Positions 1 through 10,929 of a stretch of DNA of 64,000 nt are shown here, piece after piece. The position numbers and the translations under genes were made by a program. Below the pieces are notes generated by a model. It was given only the letters and a program-made list of their open reading frames with translations, had not been told where the DNA came from and made no database searches. The number at the start of each line of letters is the position of its first letter. Positions within the stretch are counted from its first letter, which is position 1. The stretch is from Ranitomeya imitator (taxonomy: Eukaryota). The stretch is from assembly GCF_032444005.1 (NCBI RefSeq), contig NC_091282.1, forward strand, positions 273,420,001-273,484,000, in the 5' to 3' direction.

Positions 1-1328
1 TACCTGTAGTAATGGCACCTGTTTAAACTTGTTATCAGTATAAAAAGACACCTGTGCACACCCTCAAACAGTCTGACTCCAAACTCCACTATGGTGAAGA
101 CCAAAGAGCTGTCAAAGGACACCAGAAACAAAATTGTAGCCCTGCACCAGGCTGGGAAAACTGAATCTGCAATAGCCAACCAGCTTGGAGTGAAGAAATC
201 AACAGTGGGAGCAATAATTAGAAAATGGAAGACATACAAGACCACTGATAATCTCCCTCGATCTGGGGCTCCACGCAAAATCCCACCCCGTGGGGTCAGA
301 ATGATCACAAGAACGGTGAGCAAAAATCCCAGAACCACGCGGGGGGACCTAGTGAATGAACTGCAGAGAGCTGGGACCAATGTAACAAGGCCTACCATAA
401 GTAACACACTACGCCACCATGGACTTAGATCCTGCAGTGCCAGACGTGTCCCACTGCTTAAGCCAGTACATGTCTGGGCCCATCTGAAGTTTGCTAGAGA
501 GCATTTGGATGATCCAGAGGAGTTTTGGGAGAATGTCCTATGGTCTGATGAAACCAAACTGGAACTGTTTGGTAGAAACACAACTTGTCGTGTTTGGAGG
601 AAAAAGAATACCGAGTTGCATCCATCAAACACCATACCTACTGTAAAGCATGGTGGTGGAAACATCATGCTTTGGGGCTGTTTCTCTGCAAAGCGGCCAG
701 GACGACTGATCCGGGTACATGAAAGAATGAATGGGGCCATGTATCGTGAGATTTTGAGTGCAAACCTCCTTCCATCAGCAAGGGCATTGAAGATGAAACG
801 TGGCTGGGTCTTTCAACATGACAATGATCCAAAGCACACCGCCAGGGCAACGAAGGAGTGGCTTCGTAAGAAGCATTTCAAGGTCCTGGAGTGGCCTAGC
901 CAGTCTCCAGATCTCAACCCTATAGAAAACCTTTGGAGGGAGTTGAAAGTCCGTGTTGCCAAGCGAAAAGCCAAAAACATCACTGCTCTAGAGGAGATCT
1001 GCATGGAGGAATGGGCCAACATACCAACAACAGTGTGTGGCAACCTTGTGAAGACTTACAGAAAACGTTTGACCTCTGTCATTGCCAAAAAAGGATATAT
1101 TACAAAGTATTGAGATGAAATTTTGTTTCTGACCAAATACTTATTTTCCACCATAATATGCAAATAAAATGTTAAAAAAACCGACAATGTGATTTTCTGG
1201 ATTTTTTTTCTCAGTTTGTCTCCCATAGTTGAGGTCTACCTATGATGTAAATTACAGACGCCTCTCATCTTTTTAAGTGGTGGAACTTGCACTATTGCTG
1301 ACTGACTAAATACTTTTTTGCCCCACTG
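1..1328 (+). mobile_element. Tc1/mariner DNA transposon, IR/DR type, copy 1 (left end outside window)
   Basis: Transposase ORF 91-1113; right terminal inverted repeat of about 205 bp ending ...TTTTTTGCCCCACTG followed by TA (1329-1330); near-identical to the complete copy at 42654-44257. Confidence 0.97.
91..1113 (+). CDS. Tc1-family DD34E transposase, 340 aa, intact ORF
   Basis: N-terminal paired-like HTH region, [14 protein letters not shown] and [11 protein letters not shown] motifs; 34 residues counted between the second D and the E. Confidence 0.96.
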   Translation: MVKTKELSKDTRNKIVALHQAGKTESAIANQLGVKKSTVGAIIRKWKTYKTTDNLPRSGAPRKIPPRGVRMITRTVSKNPRTTRGDLVNELQRAGTNVTRPTISNTLRHHGLRSCSARRVPLLKPVHVWAHLKFAREHLDDPEEFWENVLWSDETKLELFGRNTTCRVWRKKNTELHPSNTIPTVKHGGGNIMLWGCFSAKRPGRLIRVHERMNGAMYREILSANLLPSARALKMKRGWVFQHDNDPKHTARATKEWLRKKHFKVLEWPSQSPDLNPIENLWRELKVRVAKRKAKNITALEEICMEEWANIPTTVCGNLVKTYRKRLTSVIAKKGYITKY

Positions 1329-1330
1329 TA

Positions 1331-3332
1331 TATACTGTACAGTTGCTAAGGTGGGGCCCTGACATGGGATACTCACCACACACGGGGATATGAACACACA
1401 CACAAAATGTGCCACACACTACCAATTGCTTGAACACATATACCACCCTCAGCACACATTTCACCACACATACACCAACCTTGCCACATAAAGTGTCGAA
1501 ACACAAAAGTCGACACTCAAAACTCGCCACATGCAAAACTTGCCACATCCAAACCTAGGCTCACGCAACACTCGCCACACGTGCAAAACTGACCTCATGG
1601 AAAACTCTCCACACACAAAACTTGCACACGCGGAAATATTGCCACATGCACAAAAGTTGCAACACATGCAAAAGTTGCCTCACACAAAACTTGTCCATAC
1701 TCAAAACGCACCACACATAAAACTCGCCATGTAAAAAACTCACCATGCACAAAACTTGCTGCACACAACTTGCTACACTAACCTGTCACATGCAACTCGA
1801 CACACAAAAAGTTGCTACATGAATGTTGCCACACAAAACTCATCTCAAAAAAGTCGCTACATGCATGTCACCATACGCAACTAAACACACACAACTTGAC
1901 ACATGAAACTCGCCCCAAAACATACACAAGTCTGGTATTATCCTTGAAAAATAAAAATCTGATTAATAAGCAGACAAACTACAAGAGCAACAAATGTACC
2001 ATATAGGAAATATGGCAGTGGCAGTCACATGACCTGTCTATTATGTGTATGTGTGAGCTAATATATACTGCCAGGGGGGAGGGCTTCCTGTTGGCTGGGG
2101 ATTTATCAGGCTGCCAATTTAGCTTACAAATACTGAGGTAAAAACACTGAGCAAATAACGTGTGAACGAGGTCTAATACAGGAGGAGATGACACACAGAT
2201 ATATACTATATACAGGAGGAATTGACATACAGGTACATACTATATGCAGGGGAGATGACACACAGGTATATACTATATACAGGAGGAGATGACATACAGG
2301 TATACACTATATAAAAAAGGAGATGACACATAGATATATACAGGAGGAGGTGACATACAGTAGGTATATACTATATACAGGGGAGATGACATACAGGTAT
2401 ATACCATAAACAGGAGGAGATGACTTACAGGTATATACTATACACAGGAGGAGATGACACACAGGTATATACTATATACAGGAGGAGATGACACAGGTAT
2501 ATACTATATACAGGAGGAGATGACATACAGGTATACACTATATAAAAAAGGAGATGACACATTGATATATATAGGAGGAGATGACATACAGCAGGTATAT
2601 ACTATATACAGGGGAGATGACATACAGGTATATACTATATACAGAAGAGATGACACATAGGTATATACAATATACAGGAGGAGATGACATACAGCAGGTA
2701 TATACTATTTACAGGGGAGATGACATACAGGTACTGTATATACTATATGCAGGGGAGATCACATACAGGTATATACTATATACAGGAGATGACATACAGG
2801 TATATACTATATGCAGGAGGAGATGACACATGGGTATATACAATATACAGGAGGAGATGACATACAGCAGGTATATACTATTTACAGGGGAGATGACATA
2901 CAGGTATATAATATATACAGGGGAGATGGCATACAGATATACTATATACAGGAGATGACATACAGGTGTATACTATATTTAAGGGAGATGACAAATATGT
3001 AAATACTGAGGGGAAAATGAGAGGTGTGAGGTGAAAATGAGAGGTGTGAGGTGAAAATGAGAGGTGTGAGGTGAAGATGAAAAGGTGTGAGTGCAAAATG
3101 AGAGGAGTGAGGGAAAATAGTGGCGTGATCGGAAAATGACAGAAGTGAGGTCGAAATGACAAGTGTTAAGGGGGAAATGAGAGGTGTGAGGGAGAAAATA
3201 AGAGATGTGAGGGGGAAAATGAAAGATGTGAGGGGGAAAATGAGAGGCGTGATGGGAAAATGAGAGAAGTGAGGTGTTATAACTAACCACAGATATTTAC
3301 TATGCCCACGCAACGCCGGGCTCTTCAGCTAG
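1331..3332 (+). mobile_element. Non-autonomous Helitron-like element rich in minisatellites (3' part; interrupted on the left by Tc1 copy 1)
   Basis: Ends with GC-rich hairpin GCCCACGCAACGCCGGGC (3304-3321), a 7-nt spacer, CTAG (3329-3332) and then T, the canonical Helitron 3' end. Same modules occur inverted at 56926-62104. Confidence 0.7.
2175..3000. repeat. About 34-bp minisatellite (TATATACTATATACAGGAGGAGATGACATACAGG-like) inside the Helitron-like element
   Basis: Tandem degenerate copies visible directly. Confidence 0.9.
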
Positions 3333-4050
3333 TATTGAAATATAGGTAAAGGTGTGAACGAGTGTAGTGTAATATTTGTATGCAGGTGAAAAGTGGGCCC
3401 CCACCATAGTCAATGTTACTGGTGGGCCCTTGGCACCCCTGTCCCACACTGGATACCACTACAATGTAGTATTCTATGATTGCTCTACCCTCTAGTGCGC
3501 TCTCCTCCTTATACCTACCTAAAACAGTTGGAGTCTCTTGAAACGCATATGCAAAATGCCTCTTCAGAGAGGAAGAGAACTTGAACTCTAGTTAAAAAAC
3601 ATTATGATTACCTCATCCAGGACCTCATCTGTCCCTCAACACCATCCTTTCTGCAGGTAGTGATGATATAACAGGGTGATCTGCACCATAGCGTCGCGAG
3701 AGGCCTAGCCATTGACAGTGGCTTGGCCTCATGTGATATCATAACATGAGTTACCTCACGATGTCATGACGTTGCATGAGGCCTAGTGAGTGCTGGTGGC
3801 CCTGAAGTTTACTGTGGACATGGATGACCTGACAGGGGACTAGTTATTCCGAGGGAACTGGATAGGGAGCTGCGTGGGACAGGTGAGGACCAAGGCAAAG
3901 AGAGCATAATTTTCTTTCAAACCAAAGTTTGTGCTCTGGGGTCTGGAGAAACCTCAGAAAATACTGTCATAAAGGCACAGTCAATTCATATAAAATAAAT
4001 TTTACACAAATCAAACTGTCTGGCCAAATTTGAGCAAATCTGTTGAATTA

Positions 4051-4787
4051 AGGTACCGTCACACTAAGCGACGCTGCAGCGATACCGACAATGATGTCGA
4101 TTGCTGCAGCGTCACTGTTTGGTCGCTGGAGAGCTGTCACACAGACAGCTCTCCAGCGACCAACGATCCCGAGGTCCCCGGTAACCAGGGTATACATCGG
4201 GTTACTAAGCGCAGGGCCGAGCTTAGTAACCCGATGTTTACCATGGTTACCAGCGTAAACGTTAAAAAAACAAACACTACATACTTACCTTCAGCTGTCT
4301 GTCCTCCGGCGCTGTGCTTTCCTCTGCACTGTGTAAGCACAGCGGCCGGAAAGCAGAGCGGTGATGTCACCGCTGTGCTTTCCGGCTGGCCGGCGCTGAC
4401 ACAGGATGCAGGAAGAGTGCAGAGAAGCAGAGCGCCGGGGACAGACAGCTGAAGGTAAGTATGTAATGTTTGTTTTTTTAACGTTTACGCTGGTAACCAG
4501 GGTAAACATCGGGTTACTAAGTGCGGCCCTGCGCTTAGTAACCCGATGTTTACCCTGGTTACCAGTGAAGACATCGCTGGATCGGCGTCACACACGCCGA
4601 TCCAGCGATGTCAGCGGGAAGTCCAGCGACGAAATAAAGTTCTGGACTTTCCACAGCGACCAACGATCTCCCAGCAGGGGCCTGATCGTTGGTCGCTGTC
4701 ACACATAACGATTTCCTTAACGATATCGTTGCTACTTCACAAAAAGCAACGATATCGTTAACGATATCGTTATGTGTGACGGTACCT
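4051..4787. mobile_element. PIF/Harbinger-like foldback MITE
   Basis: TIRs AGGTACCGTCACAC / GTGTGACGGTACCT; TTA on both flanks (4048-4050, 4788-4790); large internal inverted repeat plus two internal hairpins. Confidence 0.8.
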
Positions 4788-5663
4788 TTAGAATTTTCAC
4801 AGATTTGCTAATCTCATTCATTATCAGATCAGTGTACATGCCAGGTGACAAATCTCCATTAATCTAACATTGATGACAAATCCTAAGGTATTGCAGATCA
4901 GTTCCTATATGGATGAAAAGGAGCTGATCTGCGATTACATAATAATAATAATTTTTCTTTCTATTGCATCAACATATTCCGAAGCTCTTTGCATTTTATT
5001 ACCTGAGAGCAGTCTCTAAGTAATGCACTGGGCAGCGGATTCCAGCTGATTTCTAAGGGTGCTTGTTGTCGGACCCCACTGATCCAATATTGATGACCTA
5101 TCTATTAAGTTTACATATCCTTTTAAGCCTTATTTATGTAAGACTTAGATAACCCTTTTAAGACACATAGATTTTTCTTGCTGAACTGTTATATTGTTAA
5201 TGTGGAAAAAGGCAACATTATCAGATCATAAATTCATTTTTTATCAATACTATTTATTATTACGGGAAGTTAAGGGGGTTTTACCCTATTGATATGCTAC
5301 CCTTAGGATAAGCGATAGACATAAATATAAGATTGGTGGAGGTTCAACATCTGGTGCCACCGCCCACCACTGATCAGTCAATGGACTGGGTGTGACTGGA
5401 CAGTGAGCTCTGCATTCTCACCATTGTATACCAGGCACAACTCTGTATTTTTGGTAGTGCCTGTTATTCCACCCAGGCTTATGCCTTCTGAGGGTCATCC
5501 CTTTAATCAAAGGCAGTCACATATATGTTTTTGAAGAGTATGTATTTATACTTATTTTTTATTCTATGTGTATTATAAGTCATGTTCTCTATATTTGATA
5601 TTATTGATCTTCTATTACAGTTCATGTCTTGTAATTTGTAATTCTTTTTTATTTCAATACAAG

Positions 5664-5894
5664 GTGTGTCATTCTCATTTTTTTGGAAAATCCAGGACCA
5701 AGAACAAAAGAAACAACAGGATACCTATGCCCACAATAACTATCATACACCTTCTCAGCATGGAGGCCATAAGGCCTTTGGAAAAAAAGTAACTTCTTAT
5801 GGTTTTGAAATCTATTCAGATGAACATGATGGTTATGTGGAGGTTTACACACGTGGTAACTCCAAGGTCTGGAAAGCCAGCATTAAATCTCCAG
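5664..5894 (+). CDS. ADGRD1: ADGRD1 coding exon (pentraxin/laminin-G-like domain, part 1); phase 1 to 1
   Basis: AG at 5662-5663, GT at 5895-5896; translates (G)VSFSFFWK...GFEIYSDEHDGYVEVYTRGNSKVWKASIKSP, matching recalled human GVTFSFFWK...[21 protein letters not shown]. Confidence 0.9.
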
Positions 5895-7539
5895 GTATTG
5901 GTCACCCTTAGTCTTATAATTTTCATAAATTGGCCTGAGTGTGTTCAAACGTACTTGTACTTCAGCGTTCTGCTATGAGACCCCACTGGAGATTGGAGAT
6001 CCAACTATAGTTGGATGTACAACCTTATTCAGTAGATGGTGGGCACCTATGCAGGGTTTGAAAATAAGACTGAAGATCCAACCCAAAGATCATAGAAAGT
6101 AGACTTAGATAAATTTCTCCTCTGCCAGTTGGCTTGGTGTGTGGTGGCTTCAATCAATACTAGAAGGACAACCCTGTTTTAACCTTTGCCATGGGTCCCA
6201 TGTTCCAATATATGTGTAATATAATAATTATCACATACCTGTATTTCAGATGTTCTACAATCAGGATAGTTTTGTGGTTATGCTATATGCTTTCTTTACT
6301 GCTGCCATACCTTTCAATGTAATAGACACACAAACCTTTCAGCAAAGTTTTTCCAGCCACAAAATAAATCTAATAGTCCAAAAATATAGTAAGTTGTGAA
6401 TTAAAAATAGTCATTGTGATTAGTCATGAACCAGAAGAGCTTCCAAAGCTGGAAATTGCACCGTATTCTCTCTTCTCGATTTTATTCCTCTGAGACTTGA
6501 CATTTAAAATAAAAAAATCATGTAGGTTATTATTCCAAGTTTGGGGCATTGTAAATGTGGGTTGAATTGACAATTATATTAAATCTATTCTCTCTTTTAA
6601 TAAAAGGAGATTTATATGCAGTGAACCACAGTGGGATACTCAATGCTTTCCATCCAAATACATTTTATTAAAATAATAATGGTAGCAGCAGATTGCACAA
6701 CACATTGTTTCTTTTATAGTGATTTCTACCTAGTTGTCAGTCACATCACAGTTGCTCTGAATTTTGCTCATTTGCAGTGAAGGTGAGGATATACGTTTAG
6801 TATTAGATGCTAATAATGGCAAAACTTGGTGCCCACATAACTACCACAGCAGCATCAGCTTGTTGACTATTCTATTCCAAAACCTTTTGCTTGAAAAGGA
6901 GTTTCTCAAGTGCAACTTTTATTTAGCCCAAAGGCTCTCTCTGGGTAAAGATAACATCGGCATAACTGCTAGGCTTAGTGATTGACTGCAGTGGTCTATT
7001 GCTGTTGTCATGATATCTCCGCTGCAGCTATATCAGTGAAGATCAGGACCAGCAATGGAGAGGCAGCACTGGTTAAGCCTCTCCACTTGATGTGAAGGTC
7101 TGGCTCACAATCGTTGTTTGAGTTTATACCATAGGTGTTTGATGGGGTTCAGTTAAGTTCAGGGTTTAGTGTAGCCATTGTTCATCCTCACCAAACACAT
7201 CACCACACCATGTCTTCATTGACCTTGCTCTGTGCAAAGGGGCTTAGCCATAGTCATATTTATAGCATACATTTGTCTAAAATATTCTTGTATGCTGTAA
7301 CTTTGCCTTTTACTAAAAAATGGGGTTCTGGCCCAAACAGTGAAAAACAATATTATTCCTCCTTCACCAAATTTTACCATAGGTGCTGTAAATTCTAGGA
7401 GGATGGCTTTTTATTGGATATTCAGGAAATCCAGAATCATCCATCAGACTTTCAGATGGTCTATTGGTGGCATAATTTACTGTACATTCCTCCAGCTGAT
7501 GTTTGCCATTGCACAAAGTCTTGGTTTCCCCATAACTAA

Positions 7540-7924
7540 AGGTACCTTCACACTGAACAACTTTCCAACGAGAACGACAGCGATCCGTGACGTTGCAGCG
7601 TCCTGGATAGCGATATCGTTGTGTTTGACACGCAGCAGCGATCAGGATCCCGCTGTGACATCGCTGGTCGTAGCTAGAAGTCCGGAACTTTATTTGGTCG
7701 TCAGGTCGGCGTGTATCATCATGTTTGACAGCAAAAGCAACGATGCCTGCAATGTTTTTTCATGGAGCTAACAACCAGCGAGAACAATAAGTACGTCACT
7801 GGATCGCTCCTGTATCGCTCTGCTGTTGCCGGTGTTTGGCGTCTCCTAGCGACCTAAACAGCGACGCTGCAGCGATCGGCTCGTTGTCTATATCGCTGCA
7901 GCGTCGCTTAGTGTAACGGTACCT
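7540..7924. mobile_element. PIF/Harbinger-like MITE related to 4051-4787
   Basis: TIRs AGGTACCTTCACAC / GTGTAACGGTACCT; TAA on both flanks (7537-7539, 7925-7927). Confidence 0.8.
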
Positions 7925-8181
7925 TAAGAGCTCATGTGCCAATGTACAAAGTCTATCTATGAGACTGTTCATAGATGAATAGTGCAATGACCTTATCGCA
8001 ATCATAAGCATGAATTACAAATAACACATTGTGTTAATTATAGCTGCAGTAAAAGATATCCTTGACGCTGCTACATCTGGTAGTAGTTTGCCACACAAAG
8101 TTGATCAATCTTTCTACAACTGTGCATGTGTTTGCTTTTATACTTATATAAAAATATACATAATTTATATACTGGCATATT

Positions 8182-9595
8182 CAGGACTGTGCAAATGTTT
8201 TGGGCAGATGTGGAAAAAATTATTCAAAATAAGAACGCTTTCACACATAGAAGTATTACAGCCTACTTAACAAAATGCAAAGTGAATGAACAAAAGAGAA
8301 ATCTAAATCAAATCAATATTTGGTTTGACTACCTTTGCCTTTAAAACAGCATCAAAGCATCAACTCTTCTGGGTAGACTTGCACACACTTTTTGCCGGGA
8401 CTCGGCAGGGAGGTTGTTCCAAACATCTTGGAGAACTAACCACAGATCTTCTGAGGATGTAGGCTTGTACAAATCCTTCTGTCTCCTCGTGTCATCCCAG
8501 ACAGACTAGATGATGTTTGTTGTGAATTCTGTGGCAGAGTTCACTCCTGTGGTCACAAGTGGTACTTCGGCTGATTCTCTCTGGGAGCTTCCGTTTGTGG
8601 AGGAAAGTGGTACTGCAGCTTCTGAGTTTCCTCCCTCAGGTGATCTGGTGAGGTCGTTAGCTGCTTCTCTACTTAACTCCACTTGATGCTTTGATCCTGG
8701 CTTCCTGTCAATGTTCCAGTGTTGGACTTGTGTTTCTCTGGATCATTCCTGTGGCCTGCTGCTCTGCATAGCTAAGTGCTTCTTTGCTATTTGTTGCTAT
8801 TTTTTCTGTCCAGCTTGTCTATTTGTTTTGCTGGAAGCTCTGGGACGCAGAGGGTGTACCTCCGTGCCGTTAGTTCGGTACGGAGGGTCTTTTTGCCCCC
8901 TTTGCGTGGTTTTCTTTAGGGTTTTGTGTAGACCGCAAAGTTATCTTTCCTATCCTCGTTCTGTCTAGAATATCGGGCCTCACTTTGCTGAATCTATTTC
9001 ATCCCTACGTTTGTCTTTTCATCTTACTCACAGTCATTATATGTGGGGGGCTGCCTTTTCCTTTGGGGTATTTCTCTGAGGCAAGGTAGGCTTATTTTTC
9101 TATCTTCAGGCTAGTTAGTTTCTCAGGCTGTGCCGAGTTGCATAGGGAGCGTTAGGCGCAATCCACAGCTGCCTCTAGTTGTGTTTGGAGAGGATCAGGA
9201 ATTGCGGTCTACAGAGTTTCCACGTCTCAGAGCTCGTTCTATTATTTTGGGTTATTGTCAGATCACTGTATGTGCTCTGATCGCTATGTACATTGTGTTA
9301 CTGAATTGCCTGTCATAACAGATGTTGAGATCAGGGCTCTTTTTGAGCCAAATCATCACTTAAAGGACTCCTCATTCTTCTTTGTGCTTAAGGTAGTTCT
9401 TAGTGGTATTAGATGTAGGTTTCAGCTCAAAACTAGCAGCAATCAGTGGGTCCAGCTACACCCACATTCAACATGGAAACAAGACTAATCGACTGAACTA
9501 TGCACAAAAAAGAATAGGAACTGGGGTGGAGAAAAATTGCAGATGGTGTTATGGACTGATGAGCCCATATCTGCCTAAAACTTTTGCTCAGCATT
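8182..9595. mobile_element. Degenerate non-autonomous Tc1-like element interrupted by a solo LTR
   Basis: Terminal inverted matches GTGCAAATGTTTTGGGCAG / CTGCCTAAAACTTTTGCTCA; sequence reads through the LTR insertion as ...GACTAGATGATGTTGAGATCAGGG. Confidence 0.6.
8518..9320 (+). mobile_element. Solo LTR, Gypsy family related to element A
   Basis: TGTTGTGAATTC...TCATAACA termini; clear similarity to LTRs at 31892 and 36898; GATGTT duplicated on both sides. Confidence 0.93.
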
Positions 9596-9882
9596 TTATA
9601 TGCATTATTATACTACCCATTGTATTGAATGGTTATAAAGCATAAAACTTTTTTGGTGAGTACCCTTACTCATCTATTTCCCGATATTGCATTTCTGAAT
9701 ATTGGCTTCAGTTTAGCATCTGAGGTTGCCTACAGAATAGGTGTACTTTAGAAAAGTACTTTTATGTTCAGTGCCGAAGGGATCAAGTATCTTAGAATAA
9801 CAATATCTGTCTGATATTATTTTACCCAATGAGCACATTACTAAGATGTTTTTCTGTTTTTTTTGTCTGTTTTGTCTTTAAG

Positions 9883-10137
9883 GTCCCTACTGGACACATG
9901 TCCTATTTACTTGGACTTCCAGTGAAGGACTGAAGGTTTTCGTAAATGGAACATTCAATGCGAGTGATTCTACAGGTCAGGTGTCCCAAAGTTATGGGGA
10001 TAATAATGACAACTTGGTCGTTGGAACAAGCAGTGATCATTCCAAACATTATATGAATGGAGCATTTGATGAATTCATCATATGGGAGAGAGCGCTGAAT
10101 CCACATGAAATCCACCACTATTTTACAGCAGCCATTG
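9883..10137 (+). CDS. ADGRD1: ADGRD1 coding exon (pentraxin-like domain, part 2); phase 1 to 1
   Basis: Polypyrimidine tract and AG at 9881-9882, GT at 10138; translates [23 protein letters not shown]...[27 protein letters not shown], very close to recalled human [23 protein letters not shown]...[27 protein letters not shown]. Confidence 0.96.
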
Positions 10138-10619
10138 GTATGTTATTTTGGTAAGCAACATCAGTGTATGTCGCTTCTTGATTACATGTATATTCATGCA
10201 TAAAATTTAGCTTAGTCAAATATTTATTTATGCAACTTCATTTAGATGAAAATGTTTATATGGCATTATCTATAATTGATCTGATTGGGACATCATCATA
10301 ACATGAGAATGAACAGCCTTAATTTGCAAGATTTTGTAATCAATGTTTAAAAACCGTACCATTGGCAAAACAAATTTGGTAGAATGTTATGGCATAACTC
10401 TGTTATGACTCTGAAAAACTGTAATGGTCTTGGAAGCTAATCCCCACAGATTGATAAGTGATGGTAAATTCTAGCAATGGTGGAAAAACCTTTGTAATGA
10501 AGATCCAACTTCACCCACATGAGAAGATTTCCTTAAATGCTGAAAAATAGAAAATGCTGTTCAAATGTAGACATCTTATTGCATACTTTTTAACAATTAT
10601 GATTTACCCACGACGATCT

Positions 10620-10790
10620 TAATAATAATAATAATAATAATAATAATTTTATTTATATGGCACCAACATATATTCTGCGGCACTTTACAATTAAGACAAT
10701 AAAGACATGACAAAGTAACACATTACAGACAGTTACAGAGGGAGTAAGAGCCTTGCTTGCAAGTTTTTAATCTATAAGGAAATACATTTG
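10620..10790 (-). mobile_element. Short 3' end of an L2-like LINE with a (TAA)n tail
   Basis: (AAT)n run followed by TTTATTTATATGGCACCAACATATATTCTGCGGCACTTTACA, the same 3' end as the longer L2 at 16511. Confidence 0.7.
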
Positions 10791-10929
10791 TCACCCAGAC
10801 ATGGCTTTTGTCCAGCCAGGTCTCCATAACACCCACCACATTGTAATCTGTGGCTGACATAAGAGTCTCCAATTCATTCATTTTGTTTGTAAGACTTCTT
10901 GCATTTGTCAGCAGACATTCAATACTATT

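Noticed and set aside
1-5663. Upstream ADGRD1 exons or promoter
   Set aside because: No segment resembling the recalled N-terminal sequence was found; the region is transposon-derived intron.
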